Below, one piece after another: positions 50,400-63,471 of a stretch of DNA of 64,000 nucleotides (positions are counted from its first letter, which is position 1; each line of letters begins with the position of its first letter). The notes beneath the pieces are model-generated. The model was not told the origin of the DNA. It worked only from the letters and a program-made list of their open reading frames with translations, and ran no database searches. Location: positions 4,154,001 through 4,218,000 of the forward strand of contig CM102285.1 of the NCBI GenBank assembly GCA_046563655.1. The letters are read 5' to 3'. The translations under genes and the position numbers were made by a program. The DNA comes from Yuukianura sp. NJ FZ-2021. Its lineage: Eukaryota.

Positions 50400-50860
50400 T
50401 TGTAAACCGAACATAATAAAAATAGCTCAGCTTAAGAGGCGGGGGAGTGGGGTGAGTTTCTGTTTTTTCCAACGCTCAGGTGAATGGGGGTGTGTCCTCC
50501 CCTATTGCCAGTTTACCTTTGACCTGGATGGAAGCAACCTGAGGTCACAAAATGTACACAAAAGTTGCTGATTTGGACAAAATGAACGACTTTCGTAAAG
50601 GTTACCTGCTACCTGTTTCATGTTACCGGGCATATGTGCGATTGGCCTTGATATTTAATATTTAAAGGATTTGACCCGGCGGGAGACTAATCAATAGTGA
50701 ACATGTTCGATTCATGACATGTTGATTTGCAAAAACAAAAACGAAATCGGTCTAACAATTTCTGAAATAATTCAACTTGACGAACAGGCGGACTGTCAGT
50801 CAGACAAAGAGATAGACGAATAAGGTTACAAAAATAGCTTCGTTATTTGAATAACTAAAT
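50400..50860. mobile_element. Probable DINE-1/Helentron-like remnant upstream of the GPCR start codon
   Basis: cctttgacc...gaggtca, then aaatcggtc..aattt..gaaata and a caga-type microsatellite (caggcggactgtcagtcagacaaagagatagacg), ending in the hairpin gttatttgaataac. Same layout as 36527-37065. Confidence 0.4.
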
Positions 50861-53337
50861 AAAAGTTTGTGAGTTCACTAAATTGAGTTAATTAATGGCG
50901 TTAAAATTTGCTGATCTAAGCACTATTTAAGCTTTTACGGTATTTATCTTCCTGGAGAAACTGCCTGGAGAACCTGCAGCATGTCCAAGACATGCTGCAT
51001 TAGACTATACTTTCTAAATTGATGGTGAATTTAGTCTAATTGTGAGCGGAAATGTGATATTTTTGAAAATGCTAATGTTACCTGTTATGATTGGAAGTTT
51101 GTTTTCTTTATTAATCCACCTCGCCTATTAGTTTCTTGGAAAGTACGTCATCTTTTTCAAATGTTGGCGTCGGTAACAGTTAAACGTCTTCCCTCTTATT
51201 TATTTTTTTATACCAGTTTTTACAAATTGTGATTAGATGCTCTGAATTTGTGTTATTTGTTTTTTTTTATTATTGTTTCCTTTTATTTTCACCGGCTCGT
51301 GCACTCATAACACTGAACTGATTTAAACTCTCATTGTCACTGCAGAACCACATTTATCTTAAGTTTAGTGTTTCTGTTAATTGGTTTTGTTTCACTTGGA
51401 AATTGGAAAAGGTAAAGAAAGCAGGATTCCTTGAAAAATGTTACTGAAATTGAATGTCGTTAGAAAAGACTGTTTAGATGGGATCCGGTTTCCACTGTAA
51501 CAATTCTTTGTTAATCCCAGTCTCCCATGGTGTGGAAGTGGTGAAAGTGTTGGTGTTGATGAGTTTCAGGTTAGACTAGGCCCACTTTCACTTGGAAGTG
51601 GATTTGTTCCAGCAAATGGATTCGATAGAGCTTTCCTGGACTCTGACTCTTGCTCCAACGACGATAAGCTGACTAACATTTGGTAGTAGGCTGGAGAGGC
51701 CCTTTTATTCTCCGGGATCCGTACTTCCTCTGCTGCTTTCTCCGTTGAGCAATTGTAGCTTCAGGATACACTTAAAAGGGCGCTGGGCAGCTGGAATCGC
51801 TCAGTCGGTACTAAATTATGAACCGGAATTAAATTGTTAATTGGTTTGGAAAAAAGTCAGTACTAACTGCGTTTATAGCGTTCCTAAATTCAACACTTAT
51901 TGCTTTCTCTTCATCCAATCCGTAAAATTTCACGGGTTTCTGCCATGCAAAATCCAGGACTTACATTATGACTTGTGTTTTGTGGTCGTCATATTTGGGA
52001 TTTTGAGAAATCGTGCGTATTTTTCCTGTCTTGAATGTCAACAGACTCACAATACACTATTTTTAGAAGAATATTTTGTAGAAGTTTATCCATATAGCTT
52101 GAAACTGTAGCGTCTCAAAATCTGCCTTCGTAAATTGAATATTCAAATGAAGTTAAATTGAAAACGGAAAACTTGCAAGCGAAGCCAGAAGCAACAAAAA
52201 CATACCCTACCTTCTGGAAAAAGTAGATTTTGCAACTGAGACTTAAAAAAACATTTGGAGAGTCATTTAATCTCTTGAAGGAGGCGTAATAACGAAATTT
52301 GAACATGAACTAGGTTATGATTAGTATCCCTATGATAATATTTTGTATGCGGATGTTATACGACCAATTATATCCTGGAAAAAACAGAAAAAGTGAATTG
52401 CTACCACTTTTTTTCATGTTCTTCATGTAATAAGTGGTGCGAGCATTCACATTAGGCCCAATGCCATTCCTTGATAACCTTGACTTGTAACTTTTGCTGT
52501 GCAAAACCTCAACTACCCTTTCTAAAAGAAAATCCAAGAGATAAAAACTGATTGATGACCAATGTAATCGCAAGTGCTAAATATTTTAAAGTAGAGTTTC
52601 TTGTTTGTCAGAACGGGAGCATATACGATGTTCCATTGAAAGTCACCATGTTGCTGTGACACCTTGACAAAAAAGAAAGTTAGTGAAATTGTAATGAATG
52701 ATTTCCTTGCTGCGGCTAAAAGTAAGGTTTAAAAGGGCTTGATGCAAAGCTGGCTTTTCTAAAAGGAACGTATAAAAACCAATTAAAACAGGATTTCCCA
52801 AAATCCCAAGTGTAATTGTTTTTATTTGGGAATGTTTTTGTTTTTGCATATTACGGGCTCTTTGAAATAAAGTAAGTTGCAAAGTAAAGTAAATTGGAAT
52901 CCACGCCATACTCTTTTGTAGGAAGATTATTTCATTTGTACTATGTATATTTGAGGGTATGAACCGGAAACATTAAACTAATTAAATAATTCGAAAGCTA
53001 AAGCAAGTAAACAGCTATAAAAGTTGTAATTAATTCCTTATGAACCTTAACCGTTTTTGCAAAATCATTTCATACTTCGAGAATTATGAAATCATTTACC
53101 CACATTTATTACACAATACCGCGGTATTGACATTTTCAATCTGAACGTTTAATTAGCTTTCCCCATTCCTTTATGCAAGATACATGGTAAATTCAAACAG
53201 GAATGGATCAATAAAAGCTTCCTTGCCAACCAAATTGAACTTTGTTAACAGGTTAGGCTATAACTAAAGTTCAAAAAAATTTTTAGTCAAACAATTCTTT
53301 CTACCATTTTCTACAGCCCCATGCGTTCAGCCCCCTT

Positions 53338-53522
53338 AGTAACCAATGCAGTTTTTGTTTGTGACGTCACTCGTTGAAAAAATACCGGAGTTCGGGAAGT
53401 TATGATGGTATCCTATAGAAACTTGTATACCGTCTGTATAATTAGCTAAGCGCCTGGGATTTTAATCTCACGATTACGGTATTTTTCGACGGGTAACGTC
53501 ATAAAAAATGCTATGGTTTTAC
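53338..53522. mobile_element. Degenerate ~185-bp MITE-like inverted repeat
   Basis: aaccaatgcagtttttgtttgtgacgtcactcgttgaaaaaataccg vs cggtatttttcgacgggtaacgtcataaaaaatgctatggtt. Confidence 0.55.
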
Positions 53523-53907
53523 CTGACTACCTAGTATTATTCTATTTCCCTTGCATTTTTCTCTACCTTCCCATAAAGCCCTTATTTATATAATTATAAT
53601 ATATACTTTTATTATACTGTTATAATTTATACTTTTACTTATTACTTTGTCAAAGTTAACGAAACGATGATAGCGTCCCTGATAGTAAAAAAACAGCGCC
53701 CCACTTGTTAGAACTTTTATTTCTTGATTCCGTAAACAGAGAGGTTGACTTGTTCAACTTGAAAAAAACGCAAACAAAAGAATTGCTTCTTGTCACAAGT
53801 TTGCTATTAGGGCAAAAACGTATATGATTTAAAACAATACTTGTCCAGGGTGCTGAGTTTATTTTACTGATTGTGAGACCTAGGTTTCCCGGGAATCTTG
53901 TACTGCA

Positions 53908-56900
53908 TCAAGAGATTCGTCGTGGACATCCTAAAAGAAGACAAGAAAAACGTTCAAGCAGATTCTATATATCGCACTCTTTGTTTCAGCTTTCCGATTA
54001 ACTTACGGCAAACTGTGCATTGCTCCTCGTCACTATTATCTCCACAACCATCGATTCCTGAACACAGAATGGCTGATGATCTGCAAAGTCCGTTTTTGCA
54101 TCTGTATGGACAGAAGTCCGCCGGCTGAAATTCAGTTCTACATTTGAGGTCATCCTCGTCCTGAAAGCAAGAACCAAGGTTATTCATTCATACTCTTCTT
54201 GTTCACTTTGCATCCAATAAAAGACTGAACAAATTACTGAAATATCTGCACAATCCGCTACAGCGTTACAAAATTGTTGCTCTGGTAAGCATGACTTAGT
54301 TTTGGCACATTGGAAAGTCCCCGGAGGACATGCGCCATTTTCTGCAAGAGAGCATCCTTCTTCGTCGCTGTTATCTGGACAATCTGAATGGCCATTACAC
54401 CTTTTGGATTTGGAAATACATCGCACTCCGGTATTTTGCGATGTATTAGGGGGTAGGTATTGGTTGTAGTTGGACAGAACGTCACTGTCACCTTGCGCGT
54501 TGCCACATTTAAAAGTTTGCGGTGGACACTCGCCATCGGTAAGGTCACAAGCCTCGTCTGACCCGTCTGAAAGTTACCCAATAAAATATCATAGTCAAGC
54601 CTAATACATAGGAAGAAAACACACGATTAAAAACTTCAAACGGATTGGTTTGATTTTTTTTTGATTGAATTGAAACCTGCGCAGTCCGGTTTGCCATCAC
54701 AGAGGAAATGCCACGAAATACACCTTCCATCCGATCGGCACTGAAACAGAAAATATAATTTTGAAACTCATCACTAGGCTATTAAACCCGAACTCCTAAC
54801 TTCGATAAACAGGTAGTATTAAAAATGGATGCAAGTATTATTTAGTAAAAAATGTTGAGGAATAGATGTTAACTTGAAAAGTTTGCTGATGACACCCCTT
54901 GTTCTTTGCACTGCATATAGTTCCGTTCCCGGTTCCGCAGTCGCATATTCCACCGTTGCAGATGGAATTGGGGTCAGCAAGTTGACATTCCAAATGGGCA
55001 TGACACGGGTAGCCAAGGGAGGCTGCCGACAAGAGACCACGGTAAGTAGGCAAGCACCGCTTTCGATCGCTGGAAGGAGTGAAGGCGATGTCGCAGGTAC
55101 AGACGGAACTGCCATCCAGTTTCCGCTGGCAAAATGCGTTGGCCATTACACAGTCGTTGTCTTCCTGGCATACTTGCCCAATCTCTACATCACAAAAAAT
55201 AAACGGTTTAAAACAAAATGAAATGAAAAATGAAAACAAAAGTTCATATTTGACCCGGAGGAAGGTCACTTGGGGCATTTACACAAAAGTTGTTGGTCAC
55301 GACGAGGCGAACAACGTTCGTAAAGCACATTTGTTTATGTTACCATGGATGAAACTGCTTTACCAAACCTATCGCCGCCCCTTCGGCGCGGTACCGCATC
55401 CTAAATGTGATAGTATAGCCAGACATACTTTTGTCTTCAAAATTTTGAAAAAATCCCCAAATTTCATTTGGTGGTATAAAAAATAAGATTCGTGTTGATG
55501 TATTCTTGTTGTTGATGTATTTGAATTGTTGATGTCTTTTGGGTTGATAAATATGTAAGTTAGGTATAATATATGTATATACGTAGGGTGTGGCACGTAA
55601 AAGTATACACTTCAACAATAAACAACTCGTTTATTTTGCGGAATTTGACTGAATATGTTCGAGTAATTGAAGTTTTATAAATTTGGAATCATGGTTTTGT
55701 TGAAGCAAAGTAAAAATTTATGGTCCAACTTCCAACGTTCTACGGGAAAGTGGGTTATCCAGGGCCTGTAACCACTAGCAACCAAGTTGAAGTGTATGTC
55801 TTTATGTAAGTCTTTACGTGCCACACCCTAAGTATTAAAAATTTAACCTAATCGAAATTCAGTGACTAAGCTTGAAAAAGTTCTTTAAGGTGCGCAAGTC
55901 TGCTAAAGATAATTGTGGTTTACGCCACAACACTATTCAAACGTAATTAATAACCTCTATTTAAATAAATATATAAAGTCAAAACGCTTGTGTACGTACG
56001 GGTTCCTGGTGTAGAACTGCACTTGTTTTTTCCGTTTAGTTCCCTTCCGGACTGACATTGGCATCTGCCGTAAACTTTTGGAACGACATACTTGCAGTAG
56101 CTTCCTCCGTCAGCCAGAGTACACTGCTCGTTCTCGAAGCAGACGTCACCCAGCTTTGCGGCTACACAAAGAGAAAGCAAGAGAAAGCCGTAGAGGCATT
56201 GAGAACGTCAGGGTTATTCTAACCTTTTCACTCCTACTACAAACTAACGCTTTATTTTGATAAAAACATATTAGACGGCTTATTTTGCTATCTCACTAAA
56301 CTCTATTTTATCATCTATATTCGTCAATACACACTTTACTAAAATGCTGTAAAATCCTTTTTGAAAACCGACTTCAGGCCTAGAGTTGTTTATAACTACA
56401 AGATAAGAAATAACTTCTTGAAAACATTACATGAAATCGACGGTTGGGTAAACAATAACGAAGAAAGCGGAAAACATTTTTTGCAAAATAAACCTGACTT
56501 ACACGAGGTGATATCAAATACGAATAAAGAGTTAGTTCTTACGAGAGAGACAAGTATGCCGTCGATAGGCAACATATCCAGCTCCACAAGCGCAAATTCC
56601 ATTGACACATCCACTTGAAGGTACTTTCACAGCACATTGAGCATCTGTCTCACATTGGAATCCCAGTAGAGTGCCTATAGCATGCAGAATTTTAATGTAG
56701 CAAATAAAAACATCGATTTCAATTTTCAATAGATAAACATATTTTATGCGTTTGAACGAAATTGAACACAAGAGTGAAAGCGTTTTGAAGTGGAGCACAA
56801 ACTTGAACACAGCAGTTACCATTTACACTGTCACTGGTTTTCATTCTCCAAACCCTAAAATTCATACAAGTGCGGTGCTTTGCCTAGAAGAAGTGGAATA

Positions 56901-57843
56901 TGAATTCATAACGGCATATTAAAGTGACGGCACGGGAATGGCTAGAGTTTGTTATTAGAATGTCATCAAAGTATATTTCTAATTTTCTGATTCCTCACTC
57001 CTTACGATTTTATGTCATGAACAGTTTTGTCAACTTTCGTAGATAACATAAAACGGGTTTCTAGCAAGTGTTCCCTCGCAGTTTTCTTTGGAAAATGTAA
57101 ACAACGATGATTAAATTTTTAATTATGGAATCCCTCGTTAGACACATCTTCCAACGAAACGGCTGATGTAACAGAGACATACTTCTCTCTTTTCTTTTCC
57201 CTTAATTTTAAAAATCCGCTGGTGCATTTCGTATGGAGGGGAGTTGGATACTGATGTAACGTGATACTGATTGGCATATATTATTAAAAACATTCTAGTG
57301 AATCTTGAACTCGGGTCTTCCAGACTTTGATGAAACGTTATACGCCAAGTGAAAGTGGTACATACACATCCTTATTATTTTTTTTTATAATTAAGGTCAA
57401 TAATAATTGATATCATATTTGGTAGTGTAACCTTAAAAGGTATCAAGGAAAATAAAGCAATTTAGAACGAAAAGGTTTCATTGCCAACTTGCCTAGAAAG
57501 TTGAGTTGTAGCAAATTCCATAAAATATAGAGAAACAAAAAACTGCTTTTGACAATTGAGGGCATGGTCTGAAAATTTCCGGTATGTTTGCCAAACTTAG
57601 TATCCCGTAATATTTGAAATTGTTCGGAACTTGCTTACCAGGTAGACACGTAGTGCTATTGGCTTCTACGGAGTACGCCTTGCACGTACAAACGTTTTGT
57701 CGCCTGTGACATTCTGACAATTCCGGACGACAGTCTGAATCCTGAACGCACATTTCACCTAGATTTGCATCAGTGTTATTACTTTTTGTGCTGAAATTAT
57801 TTGTAGAAAGACAATTTGAGTATCCAATAGCCAGCAGCAAAAT
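53908..57843 (-). CDS. Secreted Cys-rich protein with ~5 EB/EGF-like modules and 4 LDL-receptor class A repeats; >=459 aa; exons 57843-57639, 56674-56543, 56161-56000, 55184-54874, 54740-54677, 54566-54238, 54160-54007, 53930-53908 (start exon not located)
   Basis: Phase-consistent GT-AG chain of 1380 nt. Modules of the form LGxxCxxDxxC...C...CxC. LDLa motifs [62 protein letters not shown] and [17 protein letters not shown]. It ends RCPRRIS-stop with no TM. The hydrophobic ILLLAIG at the first visible exon suggests the end of a signal peptide. Confidence 0.85.
55586..55828. mobile_element. ~243-bp MITE flanked by TA, intronic
   Basis: ta|gggtgtggcacgtaaa ... tttacgtgccacaccc|ta. Confidence 0.75.
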
Positions 57844-60800
57844 CTGAAAGCAAATAACAACATTTTATGAAACAAAAAATGTTTACCTACAACTTATAAT
57901 AGCTTTCACTGCGTCTAAATCCTATTTTCCTACAAACTAGTTTTTTAACCAATTCAGATTTCTCAGTAAACTGACACGCTATTTCTGTTCTTACGGATAG
58001 AGCCGCTGTAGTTTGCAATGTGATGAAGATTTTATGAACCATGTTATTGGTTCGGTGGCTGTAGGGTCCTGATAGAGAGCTAAAAGTGAAAGTAAATCCT
58101 GTTTCCTGTTTATCTGGATTTTTTTGAAATTGGATATCCGATCTTCAGAACTTCTCGTGCTATATAACAAGTCGTCTTCTGAGTGTTCCTCTGACTCGTT
58201 CAAATCAAATATTAGTTGAACTTTCAAATTTGTTTAACAAGTTGCAGATGTAGAGTCGAACTGACGCGTCCTTTGGGAAACGCTGAAAGTAAAGTGTGAT
58301 GGCCTGTTGATCTCTAACAAAATAGAGGAAGGAAGCGGTGCGTCAGTGCCCAATGGCCGCAGTTTCAACGGGTCTCTTTGAGAAACATAACTGTGCTGGC
58401 CATTTGACCGTGGAGATCAGTTTCTGAGGTAAGATCATCCTCATTAAGAAAGTCCCGCTTAATGGAATTGGCATGAGAATATCAGCTTAGTTTGTCTGCA
58501 AAAGTGAATCTATTTCCGTTATTACCTTCTCTTATTATACCTCTTGAAATCTGAGATTAGTCTTCCTTTATTCCCTTGGTCATGTGCAAGACAGGGTAAA
58601 TTAGTGCCAATTTACAGCTAACTTTATGCTGTGCTCCACGCACCTAATTTGATACAACATGAAAAGAAAATTTTAATTTCCGCTTTTCCTTCTACAACAC
58701 AAAATAACACGAAGGGAACTTAAAAAATTAGAAAAAAATCAAATTCATGTTACGACCCAAAACTGCCAATTTTGTTAAATTTGAAAACAAGTTATCAAAT
58801 TCTTTTTTTATTATTCAATTTTTAATTATAGGGGAAATTGAAAAGAACGGTTTAGTAATTTCGTTAAAAGCATGTTTATGTAACGAATGAGACTTTCCTG
58901 ACTTGAAAAGTTGAAAGAACTTGATAATGAAAGCTTTGATTTTTATTGAAATCAAATTCAAATGAACCACATATCGTTCAGTGCAATTTGATTTCACATG
59001 TTCTTAGTTTCTGAGAATAGCCGGATTAGATTTCAAAGAAAATCTGCTTCCTTTGACAGCTTTTTGATGTGCCAAACTAATTAATTGAAATAAATGCTAC
59101 AAAGGAAATAAGTAATTAAAGCAAATTAACGTTGCTAATTAATTGTCTCACTAACTTCAACATATAAGACACATGCTTACTTTTTTTAAACCTGAGCTTG
59201 GCTCAACGAAGGTCAAAGTTGAGTAAAACACAAAGTTTGCGAAAAGTTTTGAAGGATGGCAATTTGCTAATGAATGTGTACTGAAATTGCACTAATGGAG
59301 CCCTCCTTGTGTCTTGTGTGCATAATGAATATTAAATGGTGGACACGCCAATTCTGCTTGAAATGTTTGCACATTTCCAAGGATGTTGGAAGCCTTATTG
59401 TAATCTCAATTGCTTTAGAAGTGTCTTTATCACCAACAGTTTAGCTAGTAAACTCCTACATTTTTTCAAAACAAGTGTAAAAAAATATGCAAGGCAGCAG
59501 GTGTTTGAAAAAACAACGCACTCAATTCGAATTACAAGCACTCTTAGTTTATTATATTCTAAATCATGAATTTAAGTTAAGCACCGTTTATATACTTTTG
59601 GTTGTTTTTTAACATCGAAAAGTACGATAGAAACAATTGTTTCGGAATCATTAAATATCATACTTACATCATCAAATGTAACATCAAAATTGACAAATTT
59701 TACTAGAAACTACAACACTAAAAAGCACCATACAACAAGCACAGTTTTATATAACAATGTATTAGAGTAAATCATAAGGGACTTGACACGAACGAATTCA
59801 AACACTGAAAAATACTGACTTTAACATCCTCATTGTGATGTGATGACCGAAATCCATCTATTTAAAAATAAGCTGCTAACATAATTGAATCATCTCCTTG
59901 TCTTCTGGGAATAGAATAATTGACATAAAAGTTTGAGCCTGACAGGAAGTTTTATAATCATCATTAAATGACAGTGAGATCCATGTGATAAAAGTAAAAC
60001 AACTTCTTATTATTATTATTTATTAGTACGCCGTAGATATCTTACTATCCTTCAGGAAAAAGTTTTGGTTAAAATGCGCGTAGGTGGCACTTTTTTTTGC
60101 CTTCGAAAATAACTTTTTGGTCTCGACCAAAAGTATAAATTGTACATTTGGAGAAAGGGAAGAATCACGGAGGGAGCGACTTCCCGTTGAGAACTTTCCA
60201 ACTTTCACTTTTGGCAAAATGGAAAAACGAGAGAAAGTTTGAAAATGATGAATCCCTTTCCATAAATAATAATAGTACTCCTTGCTGCCTACCACGAAAA
60301 AACAACAAAAACAAAAGAAAAGGTTTTTTAGTACTTGGAAACATTTGCCTTTTATATGTTTCTCTCTGACGCTCTCAGCTAAAAGCCATAAATACTTGTG
60401 TCTGATACCAGCAGCATCCGCTTTACTTCTAGAAAATGTCCCCAATTAAAAGAATACTTACAAGGATGCTGGTTTTTAAAAGCGTGAAGTCTTTAAGACG
60501 ACACATGACACGCTTAGTAGTTGTTAGGTTTTAAGCGCGAGGAAACTTTTGAGAAGTTCTCAATTTAATGAAAGCTCATCTTCAAAGTGTCCGAAAAGTG
60601 TTGATAAACTGTCGCAATTAAGTTTTCTCCAATTTTGTTTCAAAAAGTTTTGGTGCTGCGTCAGAGAAAGTTTTGTGCTTCAACTATACGGATATGAGTA
60701 CAGATAAAATAGTTTGCGCTGAATGCTTAGACGTCCAAGAAGTATATTTACCACTTGCACTAGAAATCCACTGGAAGAAATGTGTCCGACGTGGGCAAAA

Positions 60801-61348
60801 CTATTAGTGGTTGGAGGAAATCAAAAATTTAGCGCGAAATTTAAAAGAATTCAAGTTTAAAATTACAAAATCATATCAAAAAGCTTTTGTTCCCGTGATC
60901 GCTAATTAGTTATTTAAAACTTATGAAAAACGAAAAACCAACTTCGTTTTTTTTTACTCTGTTTTTTTAGCCTTTTGTATTCAATCAACTCAAACTCCGC
61001 GTGTAAGCGCCGCCGCCGCCCATCTCAATTCATCTATTTCGTCCATTTCTCCAACTAGAAATCCAGCCGTGTGGATAAAAAGTGGGTATGATGTGAATGA
61101 ACCTAAAAGTCGTATGAAACCTACCGGCAATACAGCTAAATTTTGAACTTTCTCCTTGCTGACTTCATTTCCAGATTCAAAATAAGAGCGAAGGAGGAGC
61201 AGAAATAAAATCACAAAAAATAACAATGACTTCTTCATTTCTACGCTTAGGCTTACGACAGAAGAAATTTTCCCATGTCAAACACTTCAAGTTGTTTGAA
61301 TCGGGGTTTCGAAATTCGGATTTCGAAATGTTGGAATATGAGTTTTCT

Positions 61349-63471
61349 TTAGAGTACTTCTGACTTTGTATCCCGTTGAAGTTGGAGTTCATCCTGGGCT
61401 CCAGGGTTGCTGGAGGGTGGAGGTCCGTCATTCTTTGGACCTGATTTGATTTCCTGTTCAATCAGCTTCCCTCCTTTCTTCTCCAGAGGAAGTGGTCTCC
61501 GCGGGATGTCCTGCTCATCACCAATGCTCTCTTCGTTTGTGCCTCGTCGGAGTCCAATATGCAGGAGAATCTGAAAAAAATGAAAACCATCGTAAAATTT
61601 CGAATTCAGACTCTTAAGCAAAGAACGAAGTTTGTCTCTTTTTTATAACAAGGTTTTGGTTGTGGACGACTTTTGTATTTGGAAACTATTATTGCAAACG
61701 GTGTGGAAATAAAAGATAGCTTTTTGTGGTTTTCCTTTTTACTGGGAAATTTGAAAAGATCGTTTCCAGAACCTCGGGAATTACTCTCAAAAGTTGGTAA
61801 TCAAACTTTTTTCCCCTAGATTATGACTGTTTTGCTGCTTTACGTTAACTTTTCACTATGCAAATAAAATCCACTCCTGGACTTCGTCGTCTGAAATCTG
61901 ATTTTAAAAAATCGATAAGGCCATTACTTTCTAAAATCGGAAAATGGTCGGTTTGAACAGGTCCTTAACTTCCACGATTAGCGCAATGAAAGCGGATTAG
62001 TAAAAAAATAATAAATAAGAAATGGGAAAGATATTTTAGTAAGAAATTGTGAAGAAAGGTGAAAGCGATGTGGGAAAACTTTCACCATGAGCCTTTACTA
62101 AAGAGAAATGCCCGGAAGCTCTACTCTTTCAATCTCATAATCAGCTTAATTTTCTAACTTTGATCTGGCAAACCGCTTTGGCTCTCCGGGAAAACTTTCT
62201 GATGAAGATTCATAGGTTAACTACTGTTATGATCACTTTATGAATTCGAATTCACGCAAGTATTGAAATCCCTTTAATTATATAAATGAATCAAAAATGA
62301 TGGATGAAAGGTAATGCGATTATGCCCACTCAACGGAAGTCACAACTGGATTAATTTGAAAGCGTTGGAGTTCAAAGAGGATTGATTTCTAAAAGAAACG
62401 GCCGAGCTGCAATAAGGAAGTTAACCAAAGCTCTGGAGCACGCACGGTAGCGCAAGTTATTACTTTGGACAAACTTGGTTACCGAATCTGATAAATGCCT
62501 GGTTATTATAATTGGAAACTACTTTTTTCGCTACTTAACTAGTCCAAAAGCTTACAAAAGTAACTTTGGGTCAAAACTGTTGTCAGTGTTTGAAGTTTCT
62601 AATTGAGCTTTGGACGATTAATTGGCGTCCCAGCGAACTTTAGATGTAACATTTTAACCAAAAAGTCAAACGCGTTAGTCGCTTGACTGGAGAAGATAAT
62701 TTAATTGTTGAATGTTGTTTGCAATTATTGCTTTCTGACTCACCCGCAGTTGATTGCATAGGGACTCGCTGAAAGCAAGGTAGATCCATGGATTTGTACA
62801 GGAGTTCAGTGACGCCAAGAGCAGCAGGACTACGTTGATTGGTCCAACTGGCATGGCTACAGTGAGCAACAACAAAAGCACATGAGAAAGACGTACGTTT
62901 TTACAAGTCTTTTTGTAGTTGCCTTCGTAATTAATGAGCAATTAGTTCACCAAGTGCACCCGTGCGTGTAAGTGGCTCAATTGTGCACATTTATGTGGAG
63001 TAAATAAATAAATGTTCTTAAGAAGAAGCGTTTCGACCTTACTTTGTCTTGGCAAGTTGAAGTAAGTCTTGAACATTTTCTAATTAAACGTTCACACAAC
63101 TTTAATTCCGAAGTAAATAACTTCAGCGGGGTTCATTTTGACAACTTGCTTGAAAAGTTTTTGATAACTTAGGTTAACCTGGGTTAACCTAGGTTGAGAC
63201 TGTTTTTTACCTTTGAAATCAAATTCTTAATAGGAGTCCATGAAGTTTGAGAATTTCGAAACTAAATCAAGAATACCTATCTTTCGTTGAAGACAATTTC
63301 ACCACCAAAAAACAACAGTTTAAACTTACTTGGGTTGTAGACCATGATGAGTTGTGCTATACAAAATGGAGCCCAGCACACGAAGAAACAAATCACGACA
63401 ACGAGTGTCAGCTTCAACGTTTTAACTTTGGCTTGACTTATTTGTCGCTTCAAAGCTCGATAACCAACATC
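61349..63471 (-). CDS. Second oxytocin/vasopressin-family GPCR, 3' part only (exons 63471-63330, ~62856-62744, 61570-61349); 5' exons probably beyond the window
   Basis: DVGYRALKRQISQAKVKTLKLTLVVVICFFVCWAPFCIAQLIMVYNP | [38 protein letters not shown] | ILLHIGLRRG...KSEVL-stop. Phases 1 and 0 match. An alternative acceptor at 62847 is also in phase. Confidence 0.87.

Noticed and set aside
61349..63471. Assigning GPCR 2 as a CCAP or AKH/corazonin receptor
   Set aside because: TM7 [14 protein letters not shown] matches the OT/VP type rather than CCAP-R (LAPLNSAANP) or GnRH-type (NPxxYG) motifs. A phylogeny is still needed.
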